Positions 1 through 18,000 of a stretch of DNA of 64,000 bases are shown here, in pieces; within the stretch, counting starts at the first letter, position 1; each line of letters begins with the position of its first letter. The notes beneath the pieces are model-generated. The model was not told where the DNA came from, did no database searches, and saw only the letters and a program-made list of their open reading frames with translations. Source of the stretch: Eledone cirrhosa (Eukaryota); contig OZ024742.1 of the NCBI GenBank assembly GCA_964016885.1, positions 96,534,001 to 96,598,000 on the forward strand. The letters run 5' to 3'. The translations under genes and the position numbers were made by a program.

Positions 1-3000
1 ACCAACAACATCACCACCAACTACTGTGAGACTACCAACAACACCACCACCAACTACTGTGACACTACCAACAACATCACCACCAACTGCTATGACACTA
101 CCAACAACATCACCACCAACTACTGTGACACTACCAACAACATCACCACCAACTACTGTGACACTACCAACAACATCACCACCAACTACTGTGACAGTAC
201 CAACAACATCACCACCAACTACTGTGACACTACCAACAACATCACCACCAACTACTGTGACAGTACCAACAACATCACCACCAACTACTGTGAGACTACC
301 AACAACATCACCACCAACTACTATGACACTACCAACAACATCAACACCAACTACTATGACACTACCAACACCATCACCACCAACTACTGTGACAGTACCA
401 ACAACATCACCACCAACTACTGTGACACCACCAACAACATCACCACCAACTACTGTGACAGTACCAACAACATCACCACCAACTACTGTGACACTACCAA
501 CAACATCACCACCAACTACTGTGACAGTACCAACAACATCACCACCAACTACTGTGACACTACCAACAACATCACCACCAACTACTATGACAGTACCAAC
601 AACATCACCACCAACTACTGTGACAGTACCAACAACATCACCAACTACTATGACAGTACCAACAACATCACCACCAACTACTATGACACTACCAACAACA
701 TCACCACCAACTACTGTGACACTACCAACACCATCACCACCAACTACTGTGACAGTACCAACAACATCACCACCAACTACTGTGACACTACCAACAACAT
801 CACCACCAACTACTGTGACAGTACCAACAACATCACCACCAACTACTGTGACACTACCAACACCATCACCACCAACTACTGTGACAGTACCAACAACATC
901 ACCACCAACTACTATGACAGTACCAACAATATCACCACCAACTACTATGACACTACCAACAACATCACCACCAACTACTGTGACACTACCAACAACATCA
1001 CCACCAACTACTGTGACACTACCAACAACATCACCACCAACTACTGTGACACTACCAACAACATCACCACCAACTACTGTGACAGTACCAACAACATCAC
1101 CACCAACTACTGTGACAGTACCAACAACATCACCACCAACTACTGTGACACTACCAACAATATCACCACCAACTACTGTGACACTACCAACAACATCACC
1201 ACCAACTACTGTGACACTACCAACAACATCACCACCAACTACTATGACAGTACCAACAACATCACCACCAACTACTGTGACAGTACCAACAACATCACCA
1301 CCAACTACTGTGACACTACCAACAACACCACCACCAACTACTGTGACGGTACCAACACCATCACCACCAACTACTGTGACACTACCAACAACATCACCAC
1401 CAACTACTGTGACAGTACCAACACCATCACCACCAACTACTGTGACACTACCAACAACATCACCACCAACTACTGTGACACTACCAACAACACCACCACC
1501 AACTACTGTGACAGTACCAACAACATCACCACCAACTACTGTGACACTACCAACATCACCACCAACTACTATGACAGTACCAACAACATCACCACCAACT
1601 ACTGTGACACTACCAACAACATCACCACCAACTACTGTGAGACTACCAACAACACCACCACCAACTACTGTGACACTACCAACAACATCACCACCAACTA
1701 CTGTGAGACTACCAACAACACCACCACCAACTACTGTGACACTACCAACAACATCACCACCAACTACTGTGACACTACCAACAACATCACCACCAACTAC
1801 TGTGAGACTACCAACAACATCACCACCAACTACTGTGACACTACCAACAACATCACCACCAACTACTGTGACACTACCAACAACACCACCACCAACTACT
1901 GTGACAGTACCAACAACATCACCACCAACTACTGTGACACTACCAACAACATCACCACCAACTACTGTGACACTACCAACAACATCACCACCAACTACTG
2001 TGACAGTACCAACAACATCACCACCAACTACTATGACACTACCAACAACATCACCACCAACTACTGTGACAGTACCAACAACATCACCACCAACTACTGT
2101 GACACTACCAACAACATCACCACCAACTACTGTGAGACTACCAACAACACCACCACCAACTACTGTGACAGTACCAACAACATCACCACCAACTACTGTG
2201 ACACTACCAACAACATCACCACCAACTACTGTGACACTACCAACAACATCACCACCAACTACTGTGACACTACCAACAACATCACCACCAACTACTGTGA
2301 CACTACCAACAACATCACCACCAACTACTATGACAGTACCAACAACATCACCACCAACTACTGTGACACTACCAACATCACCACCAACTACTATGACAGT
2401 ACCAACAACATCACCACCAACTACTATGACACTACCAACAACATCACCACCAACTACTATGACACTACCAACAACATCACCACCAACTACTGTGACAGTA
2501 CCAACAACATCACCACCAACTACTGTGACACTACCAACAACATCACCACCAACTACTGTGACACTACCAACAACATCACCACCAACTACTGTGACACTAC
2601 CAACAACATCACCACCAACTGCTATGACAGTACCAACAACATCACCACCAACTACTGTGACACTACCAACAACATCACCACCAACTGCTATGACACTACC
2701 AACAACATCACCACCAACTACTATGACAGTACCAACAACATCACCAGCAACTACTGTGACACTACCAACAACATCACCACCAACTACTATGACACTACCA
2801 ACACCATCACCACCAACTACTGTGACGCTACCAACAACATCACCACCAACTACTGTGACACTACCAACAACATCACCACCAACTACTGTGACAGTACCAA
2901 CAACATCACCACCAACTACTGTGACAGTACCAACAACATCACCAGCAACTACTGTGACACTACCAACAACATCACCAGCAACTACTATGACAGTACCAAC

Positions 3001-6000
3001 AACATCACCAGCAACTACTGTGACACTACCAACAACATCACCACCAACTACTGTGACACTACCAACAACATCACCACCAACTACTGTGACAGTACCAACA
3101 ACATCACCACCAACTACTGTGACAGTACCAACAACATCACCACCAACTACTGTGACACTACCAACAACATCACCACCAACTACTGTGACACTACCAACAA
3201 CACCACCACCAACTACTATGACAGTACCAACAACATCACCACCAACTACTGTGACACTACCAACAACATCACCACCAACTACTGTGACAGTACCAACAAC
3301 ATCACCACCAACTACTGTGACAGTACCAACAACATCACCAGCAACTACTGTGACACTACCAACAACATCACCACCAACTACTATGACAGTACCAACAACA
3401 TCACCAGCAACTACTGTGACACTACCAACAACATCACCACCAACTACTATGACACTACCAACACCATCACCACCAACTACTGTGACACTACCAACAACAT
3501 CACCACCAACTACTGTGACAGTACCAACAACATCACCACCAACTACTGTGACAGTACCAACAACATCACCACCAACTACTGTGACACTACCAACAACATC
3601 ACCACCAACTACTGTGACACTACCAACAACATCACCACCAACTACTGTGACAGTACCAACAACATCACCACCAACTACTGTGACAGTACCAACAACATCA
3701 CCAGCCACTACTGTGACACTACCAACAACATCACCACCAACTACTGTGACACTACCAACAACATCACCACCAACTACTGTGAGACTACCAACAACATCAC
3801 CACCAACTACTATGACACTACCAACAACATCACCACCAACTACTGTGACACTACCAACAACATCACCACCAACTACTGTGAGACTACCAACAACACCACC
3901 ACCAACTACTGTGACACTACCAACAACATCACCACCAACTACTGTGACAGTACCAACAACATCACCACCAACTACTGTGACACTACCAACAACACCACCA
4001 CCAACTACTGTGACAGTACCAACAACATCACCACCAACTACTGTGACACTACCAACAACATCACCACCAACTACTGTGAGACTACCAACAACACCACCAC
4101 CAACTACTGTGACACTACCAACAACATCACCACCAACTACTGTGACACTACCAACAACATCACCACCAACTACTGTGACACTACCAACAACATCACCACC
4201 AACTACTGTAACACTACCAACAACATCACCACCAACTACTATGACACTACCAACAACATCACCACCAACTACTGTGACACTACCAACAACATCACCACCA
4301 ACTACTGTGACACTACCAACAACATCACCACCAACTACTATGACAGTACCAACAACATCACCACCAACCACTGTAACACTACCAACAACATCACCACCAA
4401 CTACTGTGACACTACCAACAACATCACCACCAACTACTGTAACACTACCAACAATATCACCACCAACTACTATGACACTACAAACAACATCACCACCAAC
4501 TACTGTGACACTACCAACACCATCACCACCAACTACTGTGACACTACCAACAACATCACCACCAACTACTGTGAGACTACCAACAACATCACCACCAACT
4601 ACTATGACACTACCAACAACATCACCACCAACTACTGTGACACTACCAACACCATCACCACCAACTACTGTGACACTACCAACAACATCACCACCAACTA
4701 CTATGACAGTACCAACAACATCACCACCAACTGCTATGACACTACCAACAACATCACCACCAACTACTGTGACACTACCAACAACATCACCACCAACTAC
4801 TGTGACACTACCAACAACATCACCACCAACTACTGTGAGACTACCAACAACATCACCACCAACTACTATGACACTACCAACAACATCACCACCAACTACT
4901 GTGACACTACCAACACCATCACCACCAACTACTGTGATACTACCAACAACATCACCACCAACTACTGTGACACTACCAACAACATCACCACCAACTACTG
5001 TGACACTACCAACAACATCACCACCAACTACTGTGAGACTACCAACAACATCACCACCAACTACTGTGACACTACCAACAACATCACCACCAACTACTGT
5101 GACACTACCAACATCACCACCAACTACTGTGACAGTACCAACAACACCACCACCAACTACTGCGACACTACCAACAACACCACCACCAACTACTGTGACA
5201 CTACCAACAACATCACCACCAACTACTGTGACACTACCAACAACATCACCACCAACTACTATGACACTACCAACAACATCACCACCAACTACTGTGACAC
5301 TACCAACACCATCACCACCAACTACTATGACACTACCAACAACATCACCACCAACTACTGTGACAGTACCAACAACATCACCACCAACTACTGTGACACT
5401 ACCAACAACATCACCACCAACTACTGTGAGACTACCAACAACACCACCACCAACTACTGTGACACTACCAACAACATCACCACCAACTACTGTGAGACTA
5501 CCAACAACACCACCACCAACTACTGTGACACTACCAACAACATCACCACCAACTACTATGACACTACCAACAACATCACCACCAACTACTGTGACACTAC
5601 CAACAACATCACCACCAACTACTGTGACAGTACCAACAACATCACCACCAACTACTATGACACTACCAACAACATCACCACCAACTACTGTGACACTACC
5701 AACACCATCACCACCAACTACTGTGACACTACCAACAACATCACCACCAACTACTGTGACACTACCAACAACATCACCACCAACTACTGTGACAGTACCA
5801 ACAACATCACCACCAACTACTGTGACAGTACCAACAACATCACCACCAACTACTGTGACAGTACCAACAACATCACCACCAACTACTGTGACACTACCAA
5901 CAACATCACCACCAACTACTGTGACAGTACCAACAACATCACCACCAACTACTGTGACAGTACCAACAACATCACCACCAACTACTGTGACACTACCAAC

Positions 6001-9000
6001 AACATCACCACCAACTACTGTGACAGTACCAACACCATCACCACCAACTACTGTGACACTACCAACAACATCACCACCAACTGCTATGACAGTACCAACA
6101 ACATCACCACCAAGTACTATGACACTACCAACACCATCACCACCAACTACTGTGACACTACCAACAACATCACCACCAACTACTGTGACACTACCAACAA
6201 CATCACCACCAACTACTGTGACACTACCAACAACATCACCACCAACTATTGTGAGACTACCAACAACATCACCACCAACTACTGTGACACTACCAACAAC
6301 ATCACCACCAACTACTATGACACTACCAACAACATCACCAGCAACTACTATGACACTACCAACAACATCACCAGCAACTACTATGACACTACCAACAACA
6401 TTACCACCAACTACTGTGACAGTACCAACAACATCACCACCAACTACTGTGACACTACCAACAGCATCACCACCAACTACTATGACACTACCAACACCAT
6501 CACCACCAACTACTGTGACACTACCAACAACATCACCACCAACTACTGTGACACTACCAACAACATCACCACCAACTACTGTGAGACTACCAACAACATC
6601 ACTACCAACTACTATGACACTACCAACAACATCACCACCAACTACTGTGACACTACCAACAACATCACCACCAACTACTGTGACAGTACCAACAACATCA
6701 CCACCAACTACTATGACACTACCAACAACATCACCACCAACTACTATGACACTACCAATACCATCAACACTAACTACTGTGACACTACCAACACCATCAC
6801 CACCAACTACTGTGACACTACCAACAACATCACCACCAACTACTATGACACTACCAACAACATCACCACCAACTACTGTGACAGTACCAACAACATCACC
6901 ACCAACTACTGTGACACTACCAACAACATCACCACCAACTACTATGACACTACCAACACCATCACCACCAACTACTGTGACACTACCAACAACATCACCA
7001 CCAACTACTGTGACAGTACCAACAACATCACCACCAACTACTGTGACAGTACCAACAACATCACCACCAACTACTATGACACTACCAACAACATCACCAC
7101 CAACTACTATGACACTACCAACACCATCACCACCAACTACTGTGACACTACCAACAACATCACCACCAACTACTGTGACAGTACCAACAACATCACCACC
7201 AACTACTGTGACACTACCAACAACATCACCACCAACTACTGTGACACTACCAACAACATCACCACCAACTACTGTGAGACTACCAACAACATCACCACCA
7301 ACTACTATGACACTACCAACAACATCACCACCAACTACTGTGACACTACCAACAACATCACCACCAACTACTATGACACTACCAACAACATCACCACCAA
7401 CTACTATGACACTACCAACAACATCACCACCAACTACTGTGACACTACCAACAACATCACCACCAACTACTGTGAGACTACCAACAACATCACCACCAAC
7501 TACTGTGACACTACCAACAACATCACCACCAACTACTGTGACACTACCAACAACATCACCACCAACTACTGTGACACTACCAACAACATCACCACCAACT
7601 ATTGTGACAGTACCAACAACATCACCACCAACTACTGTGACAGTACCAACAACATCACCACCAACTACTATGACACTACCAACAACATCACCACCAACTA
7701 CTGTGACAGTACCAACAACATCACCACCAACTACTGTGACACTACCAACAACATCACCACCAACTACTATGACACTACCAACAACACCACCACCAACTAC
7801 TGTGACAGTACCAACAACATCACCACCAACTACTGTGACACTACCAACAACATCACCACCAACTACTATGACAGTACCAACATCACCACCAACTACTGTG
7901 ACACTACCAACAACATCACCACCAACTACTATGACACTACCAACAACATCACCACCAACTACTATGACACTACCAACAACATCACCACCAACTACTGTGA
8001 CACTACCAACACCATCACCACCAACTACTATGACACTACCAACAACATCACCACCAACTACTGTGACAGTACCAACAACATCACCACCAACTACTGTGAC
8101 ACTACCAACAACATCACCACCAACTACTGTGAGACTACCAACAACACCACCACCAACTACTGTGACACTACCAACAACATCACCACCAACTACTGTGAGA
8201 CTACCAACAACACCACCACCAACTACTGTGACACTACCAACAACATCACCACCAACTACTATGACACTACCAACAACATCACCACCAACTACTGTGACAC
8301 TACCAACAACATCACCACCAACTACTGTGACAGTACCAACAACATCACCACCAACTACTATGACACTACCAACAACATCACCACCAACTACTGTGACACT
8401 ACCAACACCATCACCACCAACTACTGTGACACTACCAACAACATCACCACCAACTACTGTGACACTACCAACAACATCACCACCAACTACTGTGACAGTA
8501 CCAACAACATCACCACCAACTACTGTGACAGTACCAACAACATCACCACCAACTACTGTGACAGTACCAACAACATCACCACCAACTACTGTGACACTAC
8601 CAACAACATCACCACCAACTACTGTGACAGTACCAACAACATCACCACCAACTACTGTGACAGTACCAACAACATCACCACCAACTACTGTGACACTACC
8701 AACAACATCACCACCAACTACTGTGACAGTACCAACACCATCACCACCAACTACTGTGACACTACCAACAACATCACCACCAACTGCTATGACAGTACCA
8801 ACAACATCACCACCAAGTACTATGACACTACCAACACCATCACCACCAACTACTGTGACACTACCAACAACATCACCACCAACTACTGTGACACTACCAA
8901 CAACATCACCACCAACTACTGTGACACTACCAACAACATCACCACCAACTATTGTGAGACTACCAACAACATCACCACCAACTACTGTGACACTACCAAC

Positions 9001-12000
9001 AACATCACCACCAACTACTATGACACTACCAACAACATCACCAGCAACTACTATGACACTACCAACAACATCACCAGCAACTACTATGACACTACCAACA
9101 ACATTACCACCAACTACTGTGACAGTACCAACAACATCACCACCAACTACTGTGACACTACCAACAGCATCACCACCAACTACTATGACACTACCAACAC
9201 CATCACCACCAACTACTGTGACACTACCAACAACATCACCACCAACTACTGTGACACTACCAACAACATCACCACCAACTACTGTGAGACTACCAACAAC
9301 ATCACTACCAACTACTATGACACTACCAACAACATCACCACCAACTACTGTGACACTACCAACAACATCACCACCAACTACTGTGACAGTACCAACAACA
9401 TCACCACCAACTACTGTGAGACTACCAACAACATCACCACCAACTACTATGACACTACCAACAACATCACCACCAACTACTGTGACACTACCAACAACAT
9501 CACCACCAACTACTATGACACTACCAACAACATCACCACCAACTACTATGACACTACCAACAACATCACCACCAACTACTGTGACACTACCAACAACATC
9601 ACCACCAACTACTGTGAGACTACCAACAACATCACCACCAACTACTGTGACACTACCAACAACATCACCACCAACTACTGTGACACTACCAACAACATCA
9701 CCACCAACTACTGTGACACTACCAACAACATCACCACCAACTATTGTGACAGTACCAACAACATCACCACCAACTACTGTGACAGTACCAACAACATCAC
9801 CACCAACTACTATGACACTACCAACAACATCACCACCAACTACTGTGACAGTACCAACAACATCACCACCAACTACTGTGACACTACCAACAACATCACC
9901 ACCAACTACTATGACACTACCAACAACACCACCACCAACTACTGTGACAGTACCAACAACATCACCACCAACTACTGTGACACTACCAACAACATCACCA
10001 CCAACTACTATGACAGTACCAACATCACCACCAACTACTGTGACACTACCAACAACATCACCACCAACTACTGTGACACTACCAACAACATCACCACCAA
10101 CTACTGTGACAGTACCAACAACATCACCACCAACTACTGTGACAGTACCAACAACATCACCACCAACTACTGTGACACTACCAACAACATCACCACCAAC
10201 TACTGTGACACTACCAACAACATCACCACCAACTACTGTGACAGTACCAACAACATCACCACCAACTACTGTGACAGTACCAACAACATCACCACCAACT
10301 ACTGTGACACTACCAACAACATCACCACCAACTACTGTGACACTACCAACAACATCACCACCAACTACTGTGACAGTACCAACAACATCACCACCAACTA
10401 CTGTGACAGTACCAACAACATCACCACCAACTACTGTGACAGTACCAACAACATCACCACCAACTACTGTGACACTACCAACAACATCACCACCAACTAC
10501 TGTGACAGTACCAACAACATCACCACCAACTACTGTGACACTACCAACAACATCAACACCAACTACTGTGACACTACCAACAACATCACCACCAACTACT
10601 GTGACACTACCAACACCATCACCACCAACTACTGTGACACTACCAACAACATCACCACCAACTACTGTGAGACTACCAACAACATCACCACCAACTACTA
10701 TGACACTACCAACAACATCACCACCAACTACTGTGACACTACCAACACCATCACCACCAACTACTGTGACACTATCAACAACATCACCACCAACTACTAT
10801 GACAGTACCAACAACATCACCACCAACTGCTATGACACTACCAACAACATCACCACCAACTACTGTGACACTACCAACAACATCACCACCAACTACTGTG
10901 ACACTACCAACAACATCACCACCAACTACTGTGAGACTACCAACAACATCACCACCAACTACTATGACACTACCAACAACATCACCACCAACTACTGTGA
11001 CACTACCAACACCATCACCACCAACTACTGTGATACTACCAACAACATCACCACCAACTACTGTGACACTACCAACAACATCACCACCAACTACTGTGAC
11101 ACTACCAACAACATCACCACCAACTACTGTGAGACTACCAACAACATCACCACCAACTACTGTGACACTACCAACAACATCACCACCAACTACTGTGACA
11201 CTACCAACAACATCACCACCAACTACTGTGACAGTACCAACAACATCACCACCAACTACTGTGACACTACCAACAACATCACCACCAACTACTATGACAC
11301 TACCAACAACACCACCACCAACTACTGTGACAGTACCAACAACATCACCACCAACTACTGTGACACTACCAACAACATCACCACCAACTACTATGACAGT
11401 ACCAACATCACCACCAACTACTGTGACACTACCAACAACATCACCACCAACTACTGTGACACTACCAACAACATCACCACCAACTACTGTGACAGTACCA
11501 ACAACATCACCACCAACTACTGTGACAGTACCAACAACATCACCACCAACTACTGTGACACTACCAACAACATCACCACCAACTACTGTGACACTACCAA
11601 CAACATCACCACCAACTACTGTGACAGTACCAACAACATCACCACCAACTACTGTGACAGTACCAACAACATCACCACCAACTACTGTGACACTACCAAC
11701 AACATCACCACCAACTACTGTGACACTACCAACAACATCACCACCAACTACTGTGACAGTACCAACAACATCACCACCAACTACTGTGACAGTACCAACA
11801 ACATCACCACCAACTACTGTGACAGTACCAACAACATCACCACCAACTACTGTGACACTACCAACAACATCACCACCAACTACTGTGACAGTACCAACAA
11901 CATCACCACCAACTACTGTGACACTACCAACAACATCAACACCAACTACTGTGACACTACCAACAACATCACCACCAACTACTGTGACACTACCAACACC

Positions 12001-15000
12001 ATCACCACCAACTACTGTGACACTACCAACAACATCACCACCAACTACTGTGAGACTACCAACAACATCACCACCAACTACTATGACACTACCAACAACA
12101 TCACCACCAACTACTGTGACACTACCAACACCATCACCACCAACTACTGTGACACTATCAACAACATCACCACCAACTACTATGACAGTACCAACAACAT
12201 CACCACCAACTGCTATGACACTACCAACAACATCACCACCAACTACTGTGACACTACCAACAACATCACCACCAACTACTGTGACACTACCAACAACATC
12301 ACCACCAACTACTGTGAGACTACCAACAACATCACCACCAACTACTATGACACTACCAACAACATCACCACCAACTACTGTGACACTACCAACACCATCA
12401 CCACCAACTACTGTGATACTACCAACAACATCACCACCAACTACTGTGACACTACCAACAACATCACCACCAACTACTGTGACACTACCAACAACATCAC
12501 CACCAACTACTGTGAGACTACCAACAACATCACCACCAACTACTGTGACACTACCAACAACATCACCACCAACTACTGTGACACTACCAACAACATCACC
12601 ACCAACTACTATGACACTACCAACAACATCACCACCAACTACTGTGACACTACCAACACCATCACCACCAACTACTATGACACTACCAACAACATCACCA
12701 CCAACTACTGTGACAGTACCAACAACATCACCACCAACTACTGTGACACTACCAACAACATCACCACCAACTACTGTGAGACTACCAACAACACCACCAC
12801 CAACTACTGTGACACTACCAACAACATCACCACCAACTACTGTGAGACTACCAACAACACCACCACCAACTACTGTGACACTACCAACAACATCACCACC
12901 AACTACTATGACACTACCAACAACATCACCACCAACTACTGTGACACTACCAACAACATCACCACCAACTACTGTGACAGTACCAACAACATCACCACCA
13001 ACTACTATGACACTACCAACAACATCACCACCAACTACTGTGACACTACCAACACCATCACCACCAACTACTGTGACACTACCAACAACATCACCACCAA
13101 CTACTATGACACTACCAACAACATCACCACCAACTACTGTGACACTACCAACACCATCACCACCAACTACTGTGATACTACCAACAACATCACCACCAAC
13201 TACTGTGACACTACCAACAACATCACCACCAACTACTGTGACACTACCAACAACATCACCACCAACTACTGTGAGACTACCAACAACATCACCACCAACT
13301 ACTGTGACACTACCAACAACATCACCACCAACTACTGTGAGACTACCAACAACATCACCACCAACTACTGTGACACTACCAACAACATCACCACCAACTA
13401 CTGTGACACTACCAACAACATCACCACCAACTACTATGACACTACCAACAACATCACCACCAACTACTGTGACACTACCAACACCATCACCACCAACTAC
13501 TATGACACTACCAACAACATCACCACCAACTACTGTGACAGTACCAACAACATCACCACCAACTACTGTGACACTACCAACAACATCACCACCAACTACT
13601 GTGAGACTACCAACAACACCACCACCAACTACTGTGACACTACCAACAACATCACCACCAACTACTGTGAGACTACCAACAACACCACCACCAACTACTG
13701 TGACACTACCAACAACATCACCACCAACTACTATGACACTACCAACAACATCACCACCAACTACTGTGACACTACCAACAACATCACCACCAACTACTGT
13801 GACAGTACCAACAACATCACCACCAACTACTATGACACTACCAACAACATCACCACCAACTACTATGACACTACCAACAACATCACCACCAACTACTGTG
13901 ACACTACCAACACCATCACCACCAACTACTGTGATACTACCAACAACATCACCACCAACTACTGTGACACTACCAACAACATCACCACCAACTACTGTGA
14001 CACTACCAACAACATCACCACCAACTACTGTGAGACTACCAACAACATCACCACCAACTACTGTGACACTACCAACAACATCACCACCAACTACTGTGAC
14101 ACTACCAACAACATCACCACCAACTACTATGACACTACCAACAACATCACCACCAACTACTGTGACACTACCAACACCATCACCACCAACTACTATGACA
14201 CTACCAACAACATCACCACCAACTACTGTGACAGTACCAACAACATCACCACCAACTACTGTGACACTACCAACAACATCACCACCAACTACTGTGAGAC
14301 TACCAACAACACCACCACCAACTACTGTGACACTACCAACAACATCACCACCAACTACTGTGAGACTACCAACAACACCACCACCAACTACTGTGACACT
14401 ACCAACAACATCACCACCAACTACTATGACACTACCAACAACATCACCACCAACTACTGTGACACTACCAACAACATCACCACCAACTACTGTGACAGTA
14501 CCAACAACATCACCACCAACTACTGTGACACTACCAACAACATCACCACCAACTACTGTGAGACTACCAACAACACCACCACCAACTACTGTGACACTAC
14601 CAACAACATCACCACCAACTACTATGACACTACCAACAACATCACCACCAACTACTGTGACACTACCAACAACATCACCACCAACTACTGTGACAGTACC
14701 AACAACATCACCACCAACTACTATGACACTACCAACAACATCACCACCAACTACTGTGACACTACCAACACCATCACCACCAACTACTGTGACACTACCA
14801 ACAACATCACCACCAACTACTGTGACACTACCAACAACATCACCACCAACTACTGTGACAGTACCAACAACATCACCACCAACTACTGTGACAGTACCAA
14901 CAACATCACCACCAACTACTGTGACAGTACCAACAACATCACCACCAACTACTGTGACACTACCAACAACATCACCACCAACTACTGTGACAGTACCAAC

Positions 15001-18000
15001 AACATCACCACCAACTACTGTGACAGTACCAACAACATCACCACCAACTACTGTGACACTACCAACAACATCACCACCAACTACTGTGACAGTACCAACA
15101 CCATCACCACCAACTACTGTGACACTACCAACAACATCACCACCAACTGCTATGACAGTACCAACAACATCACCACCAAGTACTATGACACTACCAACAC
15201 CATCACCACCAACTACTGTGACACTACCAACAACATCACCACCAACTACTGTGACACTACCAACAACATCACCACCAACTACTGTGACACTACCAACAAC
15301 ATCACCACCAACTATTGTGAGACTACCAACAACATCACCACCAACTACTGTGACACTACCAACAACATCACCACCAACTACTATGACACTACCAACAACA
15401 TCACCAGCAACTACTATGACACTACCAACAACATCACCAGCAACTACTATGACACTACCAACAACATTACCACCAACTACTGTGACAGTACCAACAACAT
15501 CACCACCAACTACTGTGACACTACCAACAGCATCACCACCAACTACTATGACACTACCAACACCATCACCACCAACTACTGTGACACTACCAACAACATC
15601 ACCACCAACTACTGTGACACTACCAACAACATCACCACCAACTACTGTGAGACTACCAACAACATCACTACCAACTACTATGACACTACCAACAACATCA
15701 CCACCAACTACTGTGACACTACCAACAACATCACCACCAACTACTGTGACAGTACCAACAACATCACCACCAACTACTGTGAGACTACCAACAACATCAC
15801 CACCAACTACTATGACACTACCAACAACATCACCACCAACTACTGTGACACTACCAACAACATCACCACCAACTACTATGACACTACCAACAACATCACC
15901 ACCAACTACTATGACACTACCAACAACATCACCACCAACTACTGTGACACTACCAACAACATCACCACCAACTACTGTGAGACTACCAACAACATCACCA
16001 CCAACTACTGTGACACTACCAACAACATCACCACCAACTACTGTGACACTACCAACAACATCACCACCAACTACTGTGACACTACCAACAACATCACCAC
16101 CAACTATTGTGACAGTACCAACAACATCACCACCAACTACTGTGACAGTACCAACAACATCACCACCAACTACTATGACACTACCAACAACATCACCACC
16201 AACTACTGTGACAGTACCAACAACATCACCACCAACTACTGTGACACTACCAACAACATCACCACCAACTACTATGACACTACCAACAACACCACCACCA
16301 ACTACTGTGACAGTACCAACAACATCACCACCAACTACTGTGACACTACCAACAACATCACCACCAACTACTATGACAGTACCAACATCACCACCAACTA
16401 CTGTGACACTACCAACAACATCACCACCAACTACTGTGACACTACCAACAACATCACCACCAACTACTGTGACAGTACCAACAACATCACCACCAACTAC
16501 TGTGACAGTACCAACAACATCACCACCAACTACTGTGACACTACCAACAACATCACCACCAACTACTGTGACACTACCAACAACATCACCACCAACTACT
16601 GTGACAGTACCAACAACATCACCACCAACTACTGTGACAGTACCAACAACATCACCACCAACTACTGTGACACTACCAACAACATCACCACCAACTACTG
16701 TGACACTACCAACAACATCACCACCAACTACTGTGACAGTACCAACAACATCACCACCAACTACTGTGACAGTACCAACAACATCACCACCAACTACTGT
16801 GACAGTACCAACAACATCACCACCAACTACTGTGACACTACCAACAACATCACCACCAACTACTGTGACAGTACCAACAACATCACCACCAACTACTGTG
16901 ACACTACCAACAACATCAACACCAACTACTGTGACACTACCAACAACATCACCACCAACTACTGTGACACTACCAACACCATCACCACCAACTACTGTGA
17001 CACTACCAACAACATCACCACCAACTACTGTGAGACTACCAACAACATCACCACCAACTACTATGACACTACCAACAACATCACCACCAACTACTGTGAC
17101 ACTACCAACACCATCACCACCAACTACTGTGACACTATCAACAACATCACCACCAACTACTATGACAGTACCAACAACATCACCACCAACTGCTATGACA
17201 CTACCAACAACATCACCACCAACTACTGTGACACTACCAACAACATCACCACCAACTACTGTGACACTACCAACAACATCACCACCAACTACTGTGAGAC
17301 TACCAACAACATCACCACCAACTACTATGACACTACCAACAACATCACCACCAACTACTGTGACACTACCAACACCATCACCACCAACTACTGTGATACT
17401 ACCAACAACATCACCACCAACTACTGTGACACTACCAACAACATCACCACCAACTACTGTGACACTACCAACAACATCACCACCAACTACTGTGAGACTA
17501 CCAACAACATCACCACCAACTACTGTGACACTACCAACAACATCACCACCAACTACTGTGACACTACCAACAACATCACCACCAACTACTATGACACTAC
17601 CAACAACATCACCACCAACTACTGTGACACTACCAACACCATCACCACCAACTACTATGACACTACCAACAACATCACCACCAACTACTGTGACAGTACC
17701 AACAACATCACCACCAACTACTGTGACACTACCAACAACATCACCACCAACTACTGTGAGACTACCAACAACACCACCACCAACTACTGTGACACTACCA
17801 ACAACATCACCACCAACTACTGTGAGACTACCAACAACACCACCACCAACTACTGTGACACTACCAACAACATCACCACCAACTACTATGACACTACCAA
17901 CAACATCACCACCAACTACTGTGACACTACCAACAACATCACCACCAACTACTGTGACAGTACCAACAACATCACCACCAACTACTATGACACTACCAAC